From an uncultured Chloroflexia bacterium (GTDB lineage: Bacteria; Chloroflexota; Limnocylindria; Limnocylindrales; CSP1-4): 64,000 bases of DNA. Of this stretch, positions 19,274 to 27,897 are shown one piece after another (the stretch's first letter is position 1; each line of letters starts with the position of its first letter). The position numbers were made by a program, and so were the translations under genes. Where the stretch lies: contig CAWFXA010000002.1 of assembly GCA_963819655.1 (NCBI GenBank), positions 1,472,001-1,536,000 of the forward strand. The letters run 5' to 3'. The notes beneath the pieces were generated by a model, which saw nothing but the letters and a program-made list of their open reading frames with translations, ran no database searches and had not been told where the DNA came from.

Positions 19274-19695
19274 TCTTCGACCTCACTGATGCGGATGGCC
19301 TGCGCGCCCTCCCACAGGGCGCGACGACCGACCTCGCGCAGTCGATCCTGCCAGCCGTCATCCGGCACGATCGAGGCGAAGTGGTTCGCCGCCAACTGCC
19401 CGACCTTCGAGGACGTGGTGCATGCCCCGTACGGGAAGAAGATCTCGCACTCGCTGATGCCACCCGGGTACATCGCCAGCATCCCGGGCGCTGGGTGCGA
19501 GGTGTGGTTCTCGTAGTCGATGCCCGGGCGGAAGTCGCCGTACGGGATCCAGGTCGACTCGCCCGACCAGCGGCAATGGATGAGCTTCGAATCGATCGGC
19601 AGCATCCGGCGGATGGCCTCGATCGTCTGGGGCGCGGCGGGCTCCCAGCGGGCGCTAAAGTGCAGGTCACCGACCTCGATCCGCAGACGACCCAT
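19270..19695 (-). CDS. DUF3830-family protein (cyclophilin-like fold)
   Basis: AP.T......LP....IH.RWSGE..W, ENHTSHPAPG...YPGGISE.EI..PYG, GQLAANHF. Confidence 0.8.
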   Translation of the reverse strand: MGRLRIEVGDLHFSARWEPAAPQTIEAIRRMLPIDSKLIHCRWSGESTWIPYGDFRPGIDYENHTSHPAPGMLAMYPGGISECEIFFPYGACTTSSKVGQLAANHFASIVPDDGWQDRLREVGRRALWEGAQAIRISEVED

Positions 19696-19709
19696 GCGCG
19701 GAGGATAGC

Positions 19710-20060
19710 GTGGCCGCCGACCCCGGACACCCGCAGCCGACCATCAGCACCCATGTTCTCGACACGGAACGTGGAGTGCCGGCGGCCGCGGTCCACGTCA
19801 CGCTCTATCGACTCGATGTCGGCGATGGCAAACCGGTCCGCATGACCCAGGCACTGACCGATGCCGACGGGCGGGTCCGCGACCTCCTCGAGCGACCGTT
19901 ACAGGCCGGCGACTATCGCCTCGAGTTCGATGTCGCGCATGAGGACGGGTCGTTCTTCACGAAGATCGCGGTCGACCTGCGGATCACCGACGTCGAGCGC
20001 AGCTACCACGTGCCACTGCTGCTGGCGTCGTATTCGATGACGACGTATCGGGGGTCCTGA
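19710..20060 (+). CDS. uraH: 5-hydroxyisourate hydrolase
   Basis: ISTHVLDT..G.PA, TDADGR, YHVPLLL and the C-terminal YRGS signature. Confidence 0.95.
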   Translation: MAADPGHPQPTISTHVLDTERGVPAAAVHVTLYRLDVGDGKPVRMTQALTDADGRVRDLLERPLQAGDYRLEFDVAHEDGSFFTKIAVDLRITDVERSYHVPLLLASYSMTTYRGS

Positions 20061-20080
20061 GTCAGTTCCCCGTTCCGTGC

Positions 20081-22072
20081 CTAGCGCAGTACCCCGAACC
20101 CATCGATGTCGACGCGCGGTCGCCCGACCGTCCCCGAGACGAACAGCTTCACCGTGTGGACGCCCGGCGTCGACCAGGCGCGGCTGAACAGGACGACCCG
20201 CGAGCGCGACGTTGATCGATACAGGTCGATCGTCGCGGCATAGACGCCATCGACATAGACCTTGGCCTTGCCGCTCGTCGGGCCCTGCCGGCCGACGATC
20301 GCGATCGACTTCGCATCCCGCTTGAATTCGACCCACGCGCCGGCCTGTGTCGACGTGCGCAGGTTGCTGTGACTGGCCGTGCTGGACGTGGTGTTGGTCC
20401 AGCGGCCCGAATACCGGGCGAGGCTCGTCCGCTCTTGGTACAGCGTTGCCGTGACGGCCGGGGACACCGCCTGGACTCCGACGTTTGCCGCACCGTCGCG
20501 GCCCGAAACGGCGAACTGGGTCGGCGTGCCGAAGGACATCGACACGTTGTAGGAGCGGCTCGTGACCGTGCCCGCAAGCACGGTCCAGGCACCACTGCCG
20601 ATGCGCCGTCGGACGACGTAGCTCGGGACGCCCGAGTGGTCGTCCGTCGCCGCTGGCCAGGACAGGGTCGTGCCGACTGTCGAGCCGATGATGGTGCCGG
20701 CGGTGATCCTATGGCTCGAGATAGCCTGTGCAGTCGGTCCCGCCATGTCGGCGGCTCGCCACGCGTTGACAAGGCGGCCGGTGACGGTCTTCCCGACGGT
20801 CGGCGCGAGAGTGTTCGCGCGGGTGAGGACCAACGATTTGAGGAGGCTCGGCGTGACGGGGTCCGTCACGGTGCCCGCATAGAGGGCCGCGACCCCGGTC
20901 ACGTGGGGTGCCGCCATGGACGTGCCCGCCGACCATGCCCAGCAGGGCGAGCAGCCCGGTTCAGCTGGCCAGGCGGACAGGATGTTCGTGCCCGGGGCCG
21001 AGACGTCGACCGTGGTCGCTCCGTAGTTCGAGAAGCTCGCCAGGCTGCCGCGCTGATCGATCGCCGCGACGCTGAGGATGTTCGCGAGCGGGAATTCGGC
21101 CGGGTAGAAGTTGTAGGAGGAGCTGTCGATGTTGCGCCCCGCGTTCCCGGCGGCTGCGACGAACAGGGCATTCGACTCGTTGATGGTGTTCTCCAGCGGG
21201 TTGCTGTCCAGGGACCCTCCCCACGAGGCGTTGATGATCGGGACGTCGAACGACGCGGCGTAGTCGATCGCCTGCATCGCCATCGCGTCGGTGCCGCAGT
21301 CCTCGCTGTCATCGATGAACTTGACGGCCATGATCTGGACCGCCGGGGCCACGCCGACCACGCCTGACCCGTTCAGCGACGCGCCGATCGTGCCGGCCAC
21401 GTGCGTCCCGTGCGCGTCCTGTCCGGCGTCGTGGACGGACGGGTTGTCGTTGCAGAAATCCCAGCCATGGATGTCGTCAGCGAAGCCGTTCAGGTCGTCG
21501 TCGACGCCGTTCCCCGCGATCTCGCCGGGGTTGGTCCATGCCGCTCCCGCGAGGTCCGGGTGGTTGAAATCGACACCGTCGTCGATGACCGCGACGACGA
21601 TCGAGGGATCGCCCTGCGTGATCCGCAGCGCCTCGAGGCCGTCGATGTCGATGTCGGCGATGCCCTTTTGTAGCTGCGTGCCGTCGAGGGTCTGCCCTGT
21701 GTTGTGGAGACCCCACTCGCTCGGGAAACCCGGCTCGGACGTGGGTTCGGCAACGAGCTCGCGGCGGTGGTTCGGGGCGACGGCGAGGACGCGCGGGTCT
21801 GCGTCGAGGTGGCGCCGGACGGTGGCGGTCGACAGGCCGGGGCCGACGACGACCTGGGTTCGCCCGTTCTCGCTGGTCGACACGACCTCCAGGCCGAGAT
21901 CGCGTGTCACGGCGCGCCGTTGAGCGGACGTAACGTCCGCTGGGTAGCGGATCACGACTTCATCAGCCGACGAGGGCGGTGCCGTTGGGTCAGCGGCGGT
22001 CACGCCGGTCGGGCTGATCACGCTGGCGGCGAGGGCGACCGAGAGCAGGATCGAGTGACGGGATGCGCGCAT
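20081..22072 (-). CDS. Secreted S8 subtilisin-like serine peptidase with C-terminal beta-sandwich domains
   Basis: Signal peptide; VAVIDDG, HGTHVAGTI, AAAGN, GTSMAAPHV catalytic motifs. Confidence 0.92.
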   Translation of the reverse strand: MRASRHSILLSVALAASVISPTGVTAADPTAPPSSADEVVIRYPADVTSAQRRAVTRDLGLEVVSTSENGRTQVVVGPGLSTATVRRHLDADPRVLAVAPNHRRELVAEPTSEPGFPSEWGLHNTGQTLDGTQLQKGIADIDIDGLEALRITQGDPSIVVAVIDDGVDFNHPDLAGAAWTNPGEIAGNGVDDDLNGFADDIHGWDFCNDNPSVHDAGQDAHGTHVAGTIGASLNGSGVVGVAPAVQIMAVKFIDDSEDCGTDAMAMQAIDYAASFDVPIINASWGGSLDSNPLENTINESNALFVAAAGNAGRNIDSSSYNFYPAEFPLANILSVAAIDQRGSLASFSNYGATTVDVSAPGTNILSAWPAEPGCSPCWAWSAGTSMAAPHVTGVAALYAGTVTDPVTPSLLKSLVLTRANTLAPTVGKTVTGRLVNAWRAADMAGPTAQAISSHRITAGTIIGSTVGTTLSWPAATDDHSGVPSYVVRRRIGSGAWTVLAGTVTSRSYNVSMSFGTPTQFAVSGRDGAANVGVQAVSPAVTATLYQERTSLARYSGRWTNTTSSTASHSNLRTSTQAGAWVEFKRDAKSIAIVGRQGPTSGKAKVYVDGVYAATIDLYRSTSRSRVVLFSRAWSTPGVHTVKLFVSGTVGRPRVDIDGFGVLR

Positions 22073-22148
22073 CGGCGACCATCGTACGCCGGTCGGTCGT
22101 GCGGGCGTGACAGCCTAGATGTCACGGGTGGGTCCTAGTGTCCGGGGC

Positions 22149-23399
22149 ATGGAAGCGCACGTCATCCCGCTGCACCAGGCCGTCCGGCTCGAGGGCGACC
22201 GGATCGTCGTCGAGCGCCTGTCCCTGTCGGACCCGACCCTCGCCGCGTTCCTGGGGGAGCGCCCGGCGGGGGATCGGGGTCCGATCGTCGAGCGTGCGCT
22301 GCGCATCGGCCTCATCGCCCTGCAGGACGCGGGCGTGACCGTGAACGTCGACGCGGTGCGCACGGAGTTCGAGCGGCTCGTCCGTCAGGCCGAGCAGGTG
22401 AACGAGCGAGCCGCCGCTGCGCTCGAGCAGACGCTGCGCGCGAACTTCGCGGACGGTGACGGCCGCCTGCCACGGACTCTGGAGAAGTTCCTCGGCGATC
22501 GCGGCGCGCTGCGCTCGATGGTCGACGAGCTGTTCGACGAGAAGAAGCGTGACAGCGCCATCGGGCGGATCGGCTCGATGCTCGAGCGGTACTTCGACGG
22601 CGATGCCTCGAAGCTCGCGCTGCTCCTCGACCCGACGCGCCTCAACTCGCCGATGCACCAGTTCCGCCAGGAGATCGCGGCAGGGTTCAAGAGCCTCGAG
22701 GAGCGTCTCGTGGCGATCGAGGCCGCGGCCGCGGCCCGGGGTGCCGAGAGGGCCCGGTCCGCGGCGAAGGGCGCCGATTTCGAGGATCTCCTCGCCGAGA
22801 TGCTCGGCGACATCGCACGCGGCGCGGGCGACCTCCTGGACCGGACGACCCTCGAGGCAGGCGCCGTGATGAAGTCGAAGAAGGGCGATTTCGTGCTGAC
22901 CGTGGACTCGTCGGTCGCGCGGGGCTGCGACCTGCGCGTCGTGATCGAGGCCAAGGACCGGCCGATGTCGATGCGGGCCATGCGCGACGAGCTGCGAGAG
23001 GCGCGGGAGAACCGCGGTGCGGCGGTCGCGGTCGCGGTGTTCACGCCGGCTCATGCCCCGACAGGGGTCGCGCCGTTCAGCCTGGTCGGTGGCGATGTCT
23101 ACTGCGTCATCGATCCGGATGCGCCCGAGCCTGCCACGCTCGAGGCTGCAGTGCGCCTCGCTCGCCTCCTGGCGCTTGCGTCACTTGCCGAGCGCGAGGT
23201 CGCCGTCGATGCGGCGGCCATCGGGTCGGCCCTCACGGCCATCCGGGAGCAGCTCGAGGTGGTGCGTCAGCTCAAGTCGCAGCTGACCTCGATCTCGAAT
23301 GCGACGAAGGCCGTGTGGTCGGGACTCGACACGATGCGTTCGAGCATCCTCGCCCGGGTCAGCGAGGCGGAATCCGAGATCCGGACGGCGGTGAACTGA
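22149..23399 (+). CDS. Coiled-coil protein with PD-(D/E)XK nuclease-like domain (RmuC/DUF2130-like)
   Basis: Long helical region, then KGADFE...KGDFV...VVIEAKD, then a C-terminal coiled coil. Confidence 0.65.
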   Translation: MEAHVIPLHQAVRLEGDRIVVERLSLSDPTLAAFLGERPAGDRGPIVERALRIGLIALQDAGVTVNVDAVRTEFERLVRQAEQVNERAAAALEQTLRANFADGDGRLPRTLEKFLGDRGALRSMVDELFDEKKRDSAIGRIGSMLERYFDGDASKLALLLDPTRLNSPMHQFRQEIAAGFKSLEERLVAIEAAAAARGAERARSAAKGADFEDLLAEMLGDIARGAGDLLDRTTLEAGAVMKSKKGDFVLTVDSSVARGCDLRVVIEAKDRPMSMRAMRDELREARENRGAAVAVAVFTPAHAPTGVAPFSLVGGDVYCVIDPDAPEPATLEAAVRLARLLALASLAEREVAVDAAAIGSALTAIREQLEVVRQLKSQLTSISNATKAVWSGLDTMRSSILARVSEAESEIRTAVN

Positions 23400-23407
23400 C
23401 GGGTCCC

Positions 23408-23450
23408 GGTCCGGTGCGGTTAGGAACGTTGCCTAACCGCGACCCGGACC
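23408..23450. terminator. Strong hairpin after the 22149-23399 gene
   Basis: GGTCCGG-T-GCGGTTAGG-aacgttg-CCTAACCGC-GAC-CCGGACC; no U-tract. Confidence 0.45.
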
Positions 23451-23556
23451 AAGGGGCTGCTGCGCGCGGCTAGGCAGGTGGGGGATGATGTGCGTGAGTC
23501 AGCGCACGTCGAACGAGCGATCGGCTCCTCCGCGGACCCGATGAGCCGGAGAATCG

Positions 23557-26064
23557 ATGCGCCGCATCGCAGCCCTCGCCCTTGCCGCCGTGGTCGCGCT
23601 CCCGATGGTCTCGCCCGTTGCGGCGGCCGATCCGCTGGCGCCTGCCGAACCGTCGCCACCGACCGAGCCGACCCCGTCGGCTGAGCCGATCGCGCCCCCG
23701 GAGCCGACACCGACGGCCGACCCCGAGCCCACGCCCGCGTCCGAGCCGACACCGGGCCCGATCAGCGACCCGTCACCGACCGCCGAGCCGACGCCAGCCG
23801 CCGATCCCGGACCGGTTGTCGTCCCGTCCGAATCGGCAGCGCCGAAGGCCACGGGCAAGAGCGCACCGGAGGCCCTCGTCGACGCGGAGGGCCGGCCGAT
23901 CGCGACCGGTCGCTACATCGTCGTCCTCGCAGGATCGGCCGACACCAGCAAGGTCCTGACCCGACATCGGCAGCGAGAAGGCACGAAGGCGGAGCGCGCC
24001 TTCAAGCACGCATTCCGCGGCTTCACAGCCAGGTTGGACACCGCTCAACGCCGAGCCCTCCTCGCCGACCCGAGCGTCAAGGCGGTCGTCCCCGACGAGG
24101 TCATCTCGATCGCCGCCCAGACGACCCCGACCGGGGTCGCGCGGGTCGGCACCCTGCAGTCGAGCCTCTCGAACGTCGACGGTGTCGACGACCGGGTCGA
24201 CGCAGACGTGGCCATCGTCGATACCGGCATCGCCGCGCATCCGGACCTCGTCGTGGCCGGCGGCTATAACTGCTCGAGCGCCGACCGGACGCGCTGGGCG
24301 GACGAGCACGGCCACGGGACCCACGTCGCCGGAACCGTCGGCGCCCGCGATAACACGATCGGCGTCGTGGGCGTCGCCCCGGGCGTCCGGCTGTGGTCGG
24401 TGCGGATCCTCAACTCGAGCGGCAGCGGGCTGCTGTCGTGGTACGTCTGCGGGCTGGACTGGATCCTCGCCCAGCGCGACCCGGAGGACTCCTCGCGGCC
24501 GCTGATCGAGGCGGTCAACATGAGCGTCGCCAAGACGGGTTCGGACGACGCGAACTGCGGGTTCTCGAACAGGGACGTCCTTCACCAGGCCATCTGCCGG
24601 CTCTACGCTCGCGGCATCACCGTCGTCGCCGCGGCAGCAAACGAGCGGCGCAGCGCGGCAGGCTACGTCCCGGCGGCCTACAACCAGGTCATCACGGTTT
24701 CGGCCCTGGCCGACACGGACGGCAGAGCCGGCGGCCTGGGCGGCAGCCGCTGTTACTCGTGGGGCGGCTACGACCGCGACGACACGTTCGCCGACTTCAG
24801 CAACTACGGATCGGACGTCGACCTGATCGCGCCGGGCAAGTGCATCTGGTCGACCAAGCCCGGTCCGACATACGGCTACTCGTCCGGGACGTCGATGGCG
24901 GCTCCCGCGGTCACCGGCGCCGTCGCGCTCTACAAGTCGACCCGCCCACTGGCGACCCCGGCCGAGGTTCGCGAGTCCCTGCGCTACCTCGGCAACCAGG
25001 GCTGGTACACGTCCACGGACCCGGATCCCTATCACGAGCCCCTGCTCGGCGTGTCGCGCATCGGGACGCTCGGCACGTTCTCGCTGTCGGCGCCGACCGC
25101 CGGCATGATCACCTCGAAGGGCGGCTCGGTGTTCGTCCCGGTGTCGGTCACACGGACGTCGACCTTCTTCGAGCGCGTCCGGTTCACGGTCACCGGTGTG
25201 CCGTCCGGCTGGGCCGTGGCGCTCACCGCCCCGAGCGTCTTCGGCTGGACCGCGAAGTCGACGTCGGTGCGGGTCACGGTCCCCTCGACGGCCAAACCGG
25301 GCACCTATCACATGCAGGTCAACGGCACCAACTGGGGTCGCACGAAATCGACCACGCTGACGGTGCAGGTCGCGGCTGACCTGCCGACCGCGAAGGCGCC
25401 GGTCGTGTCGGTCCTGTCCGCGTCAAGCCTCGGTCGGTCGTCGACCGGCGCGAACTCCGTGACGCTGCGCGCCAGCTGGTCGGCCGCCACGGATCCGTCG
25501 GACCGGATCGTGCGCTACGAGATCGAGCGCAACGCCAACGGCGGCGCCTGGGGCTGGACGAAGGCGACGTCGGCATCGGTGCGATCGACGTCGTTCTCCG
25601 GACTTGCCTTCGGGACTACCTACCGGTTTCGCGTGAGGGCGCAGGACAGCGACGGTGATTGGAGCCCGTGGGCCATCTCCGGCGTCGCGCTGACGCCCGC
25701 CCTGGTGAGCGACCGGTCGACCCTTGTCACCTACCGCGGTGCCTGGACCCGCGCCGCCAGCACATACGCCACGAATGGCGGGATCACCACCTCGACGCAG
25801 GCGGGCGCGGCCGCCCGGTACCGGTTCACCGGCCGGACCGTCGCGGTCGTTGCTCCCACGAGCTCGCTGCGCGGTCGAGCGACCATCTACATCGACGGCG
25901 TCTACAAGGCGACCATCGAATTGCGCACGTCGTCATACATCTATCGGCGCGTCGTCTACGTCGGCAACTGGAGCGCCGTCGGCACGCACACGATCGAGAT
26001 GCGCGTGGTTGGCACCTCCGGGCGTCCGACCGTCTCGCTCGACGGGTTCGTCGTCCTCCAGTAG
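23557..26064 (+). CDS. Secreted S8 serine peptidase with Pro-rich linker, I9 propeptide, FN3-like and C-terminal beta-sandwich domains
   Basis: Signal peptide, PEPT repeats, YIVVL..GF.A.L, VAIVDTG, HGTHVAGTV, SGTSMAAPAV, Y.FRVRA.D. Confidence 0.92.
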   Translation: MRRIAALALAAVVALPMVSPVAAADPLAPAEPSPPTEPTPSAEPIAPPEPTPTADPEPTPASEPTPGPISDPSPTAEPTPAADPGPVVVPSESAAPKATGKSAPEALVDAEGRPIATGRYIVVLAGSADTSKVLTRHRQREGTKAERAFKHAFRGFTARLDTAQRRALLADPSVKAVVPDEVISIAAQTTPTGVARVGTLQSSLSNVDGVDDRVDADVAIVDTGIAAHPDLVVAGGYNCSSADRTRWADEHGHGTHVAGTVGARDNTIGVVGVAPGVRLWSVRILNSSGSGLLSWYVCGLDWILAQRDPEDSSRPLIEAVNMSVAKTGSDDANCGFSNRDVLHQAICRLYARGITVVAAAANERRSAAGYVPAAYNQVITVSALADTDGRAGGLGGSRCYSWGGYDRDDTFADFSNYGSDVDLIAPGKCIWSTKPGPTYGYSSGTSMAAPAVTGAVALYKSTRPLATPAEVRESLRYLGNQGWYTSTDPDPYHEPLLGVSRIGTLGTFSLSAPTAGMITSKGGSVFVPVSVTRTSTFFERVRFTVTGVPSGWAVALTAPSVFGWTAKSTSVRVTVPSTAKPGTYHMQVNGTNWGRTKSTTLTVQVAADLPTAKAPVVSVLSASSLGRSSTGANSVTLRASWSAATDPSDRIVRYEIERNANGGAWGWTKATSASVRSTSFSGLAFGTTYRFRVRAQDSDGDWSPWAISGVALTPALVSDRSTLVTYRGAWTRAASTYATNGGITTSTQAGAAARYRFTGRTVAVVAPTSSLRGRATIYIDGVYKATIELRTSSYIYRRVVYVGNWSAVGTHTIEMRVVGTSGRPTVSLDGFVVLQ

Positions 26065-26195
26065 CGGCGCGGTCATCCGCCCGCCGCACGCCATCGAGGG
26101 GCGCCGTTAACGGCCCAGCTTGCCCGTGTGCGCTATCGTGACCGTCCGACGAACCGGGCCGGGTACCCGGGGCGCATGCACGAGGTGGAAGAGCC

Positions 26196-27128
26196 GTGGC
26201 GAGAGCGATGTGGAAGGGGGCCATCCAGTTCGGCCTGGTCACCATCCCGATCAAGCTCTATCTCGCGACCGAGTCCAAGGGCATCAGCTTCAACATGCTC
26301 CACAAGAAGGACCTCTCGCGGATCCAGATGAAGATCTTCTGCCCGATCGAGGACGAGGTGATCTCGCGCAGCGACACCGTGAAGGGGTACGAGTACTCGT
26401 CCGGCGAGTACGTCGTCGTCACGGACGAGGACCTAGAGAAGGTGCCGCTCAAGACGGTCCGCTCCATCGAGATCGAGCAGTTCACGAAGGCGGAGCGTGA
26501 CGACAACGCAGTGCGCTTCGTGAAGTCCGCGTACTACGTCGAGCCCGACAAGATCGGCCGCAAGGCGTTCTACCTGCTGAAGTCGGTCCTCGAGGACGAG
26601 GGCCTCACCGCGATCTGCAAGGTCGTGATCAAGGACCGCGAGGCGCTCGCGGCACTGGATCCCTTCGCCGAGACGCTGCTGCTGACCACGCTCCACTGGC
26701 CGGACGAGATCCGCTCGATCAAGGAGCTGGACCTGCCCGAGGAGGAGTTCGACTTCAAGCCGGCCGAGCTCACGATGGCCAAGCAGCTCGTGTCGGCGAT
26801 GACCGGGACGTTCGACCCGTCCCAGTACAAGGACGAGTACCGCGAGGCGCTCGAGCAGATCATCGAGGCCAAGGTCGAAGGCCGCGAGACGGTCGAGATC
26901 GAGGAGCCCGAAGAGAGCGGCAAGCTCATCGACCTGATGGCGGCACTCGAGGCATCGGTCTCGCAGGCCAAGGCGGCGCGCGAGGCCGGCGCCGAGAAGC
27001 CGGTCTCCGTGGCCGAGGCCCGCGAGAAGAAGACGGCGGGGACCCGCAAGGCGGCCGCCAGCACGGCCACTGCGGACGAGGCCGAGGAGGCCAAGGCCAA
27101 GCCAGCCCGCAAGCGCAAGACCGCCTGA
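26196..27128 (+). CDS. ku: NHEJ Ku protein
   Basis: RAMWKGAIQFGLVTIPIKLY, VKGYEY, Y.DEYRE.L, IDLMAALEASV, basic tail. Confidence 0.96.
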   Translation: MARAMWKGAIQFGLVTIPIKLYLATESKGISFNMLHKKDLSRIQMKIFCPIEDEVISRSDTVKGYEYSSGEYVVVTDEDLEKVPLKTVRSIEIEQFTKAERDDNAVRFVKSAYYVEPDKIGRKAFYLLKSVLEDEGLTAICKVVIKDREALAALDPFAETLLLTTLHWPDEIRSIKELDLPEEEFDFKPAELTMAKQLVSAMTGTFDPSQYKDEYREALEQIIEAKVEGRETVEIEEPEESGKLIDLMAALEASVSQAKAAREAGAEKPVSVAEAREKKTAGTRKAAASTATADEAEEAKAKPARKRKTA

Positions 27129-27163
27129 CCCACCCGAGCCCGGGATCACGCGGGCGAACGTCT

Positions 27164-27427
27164 ATGCCCGAGCGACGCGACGAGCCGATGCGGATCCGGC
27201 TCGACCCGGAACGCCGAACGATGCTTCTCGACGCGATCAAGCGCTTCTACAGGGATGAGTTCGACGAGCTGCTGAGCGAGTTCCGGGCCGCGACACTGCT
27301 CGACTTCTTCGTGCGCGAGCTCGGACCGCCGGTCTACAACCAGGGCGTCCGCGATGCTGCCGGCTACGTCCAGGAAAAGCTGATGGACATCGAGGGCGAG
27401 GTCTACGAGCGGGAGCCGGAGCGTTGA
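27164..27427 (+). CDS. DUF2164-family protein
   Basis: IKRFY..EFDE.L.EF.A..LLDFF..ELGP.VYNQGV.DA. Confidence 0.8.
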   Translation: MPERRDEPMRIRLDPERRTMLLDAIKRFYRDEFDELLSEFRAATLLDFFVRELGPPVYNQGVRDAAGYVQEKLMDIEGEVYEREPER

Positions 27428-27452
27428 CCGTGGGAGTCGGATCTCCGGCGCA

Positions 27453-27866
27453 TTCCCCGCCAAATACTCGCCGCCGGAGTCTTAGGCGCTGATCCGGCCC
27501 GTTTGAGGGCCCGGTGGCTGTTCCAACGCCCGATCCAAGCACGAAAACGGCGTGACTTGCCTCGTCGGGCCGGCGCACCGCCCGAATTCGGCGCCCAAGG
27601 CTCCCCGGGCGAGTATCTGGCGGCCTAACCGGGTTGCGCCGCCCTCGCGTCGCCAACCGTCGCCGTTCCCCGCCAAATACTCGCCGCGGGAGTCTTAGGC
27701 GCTGATCCGCCCCGTTGAGGGGCCTGGCGGCTGTTCCGCCGCACGATCCACGCACGAAAGCGGCGTGACTTGCCTCGCCGGGCCGGCGCACCGCCCGAAT
27801 TCGGCGCCCAAGACTCCCCGGTCGAGTATCTGGCGGCCTAACCGGGTGGCGCCGCCCCGCGTCGCC
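27453..27866. repeat. Tandem pair of ~213-bp units, each bounded by 33-bp imperfect inverted repeats (REPIN/BIME/MITE-like)
   Basis: Units start at 27453 and 27666. Arms CCGCCAAATACTCGCCG..GGAGTCTTAGGCGC lie at 27457 and 27670, with inverted arms at 27591 and 27804. Confidence 0.85.
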
Positions 27867-27897
27867 ACGCCCGACCCTGCTGCGGCACACTCCACGG

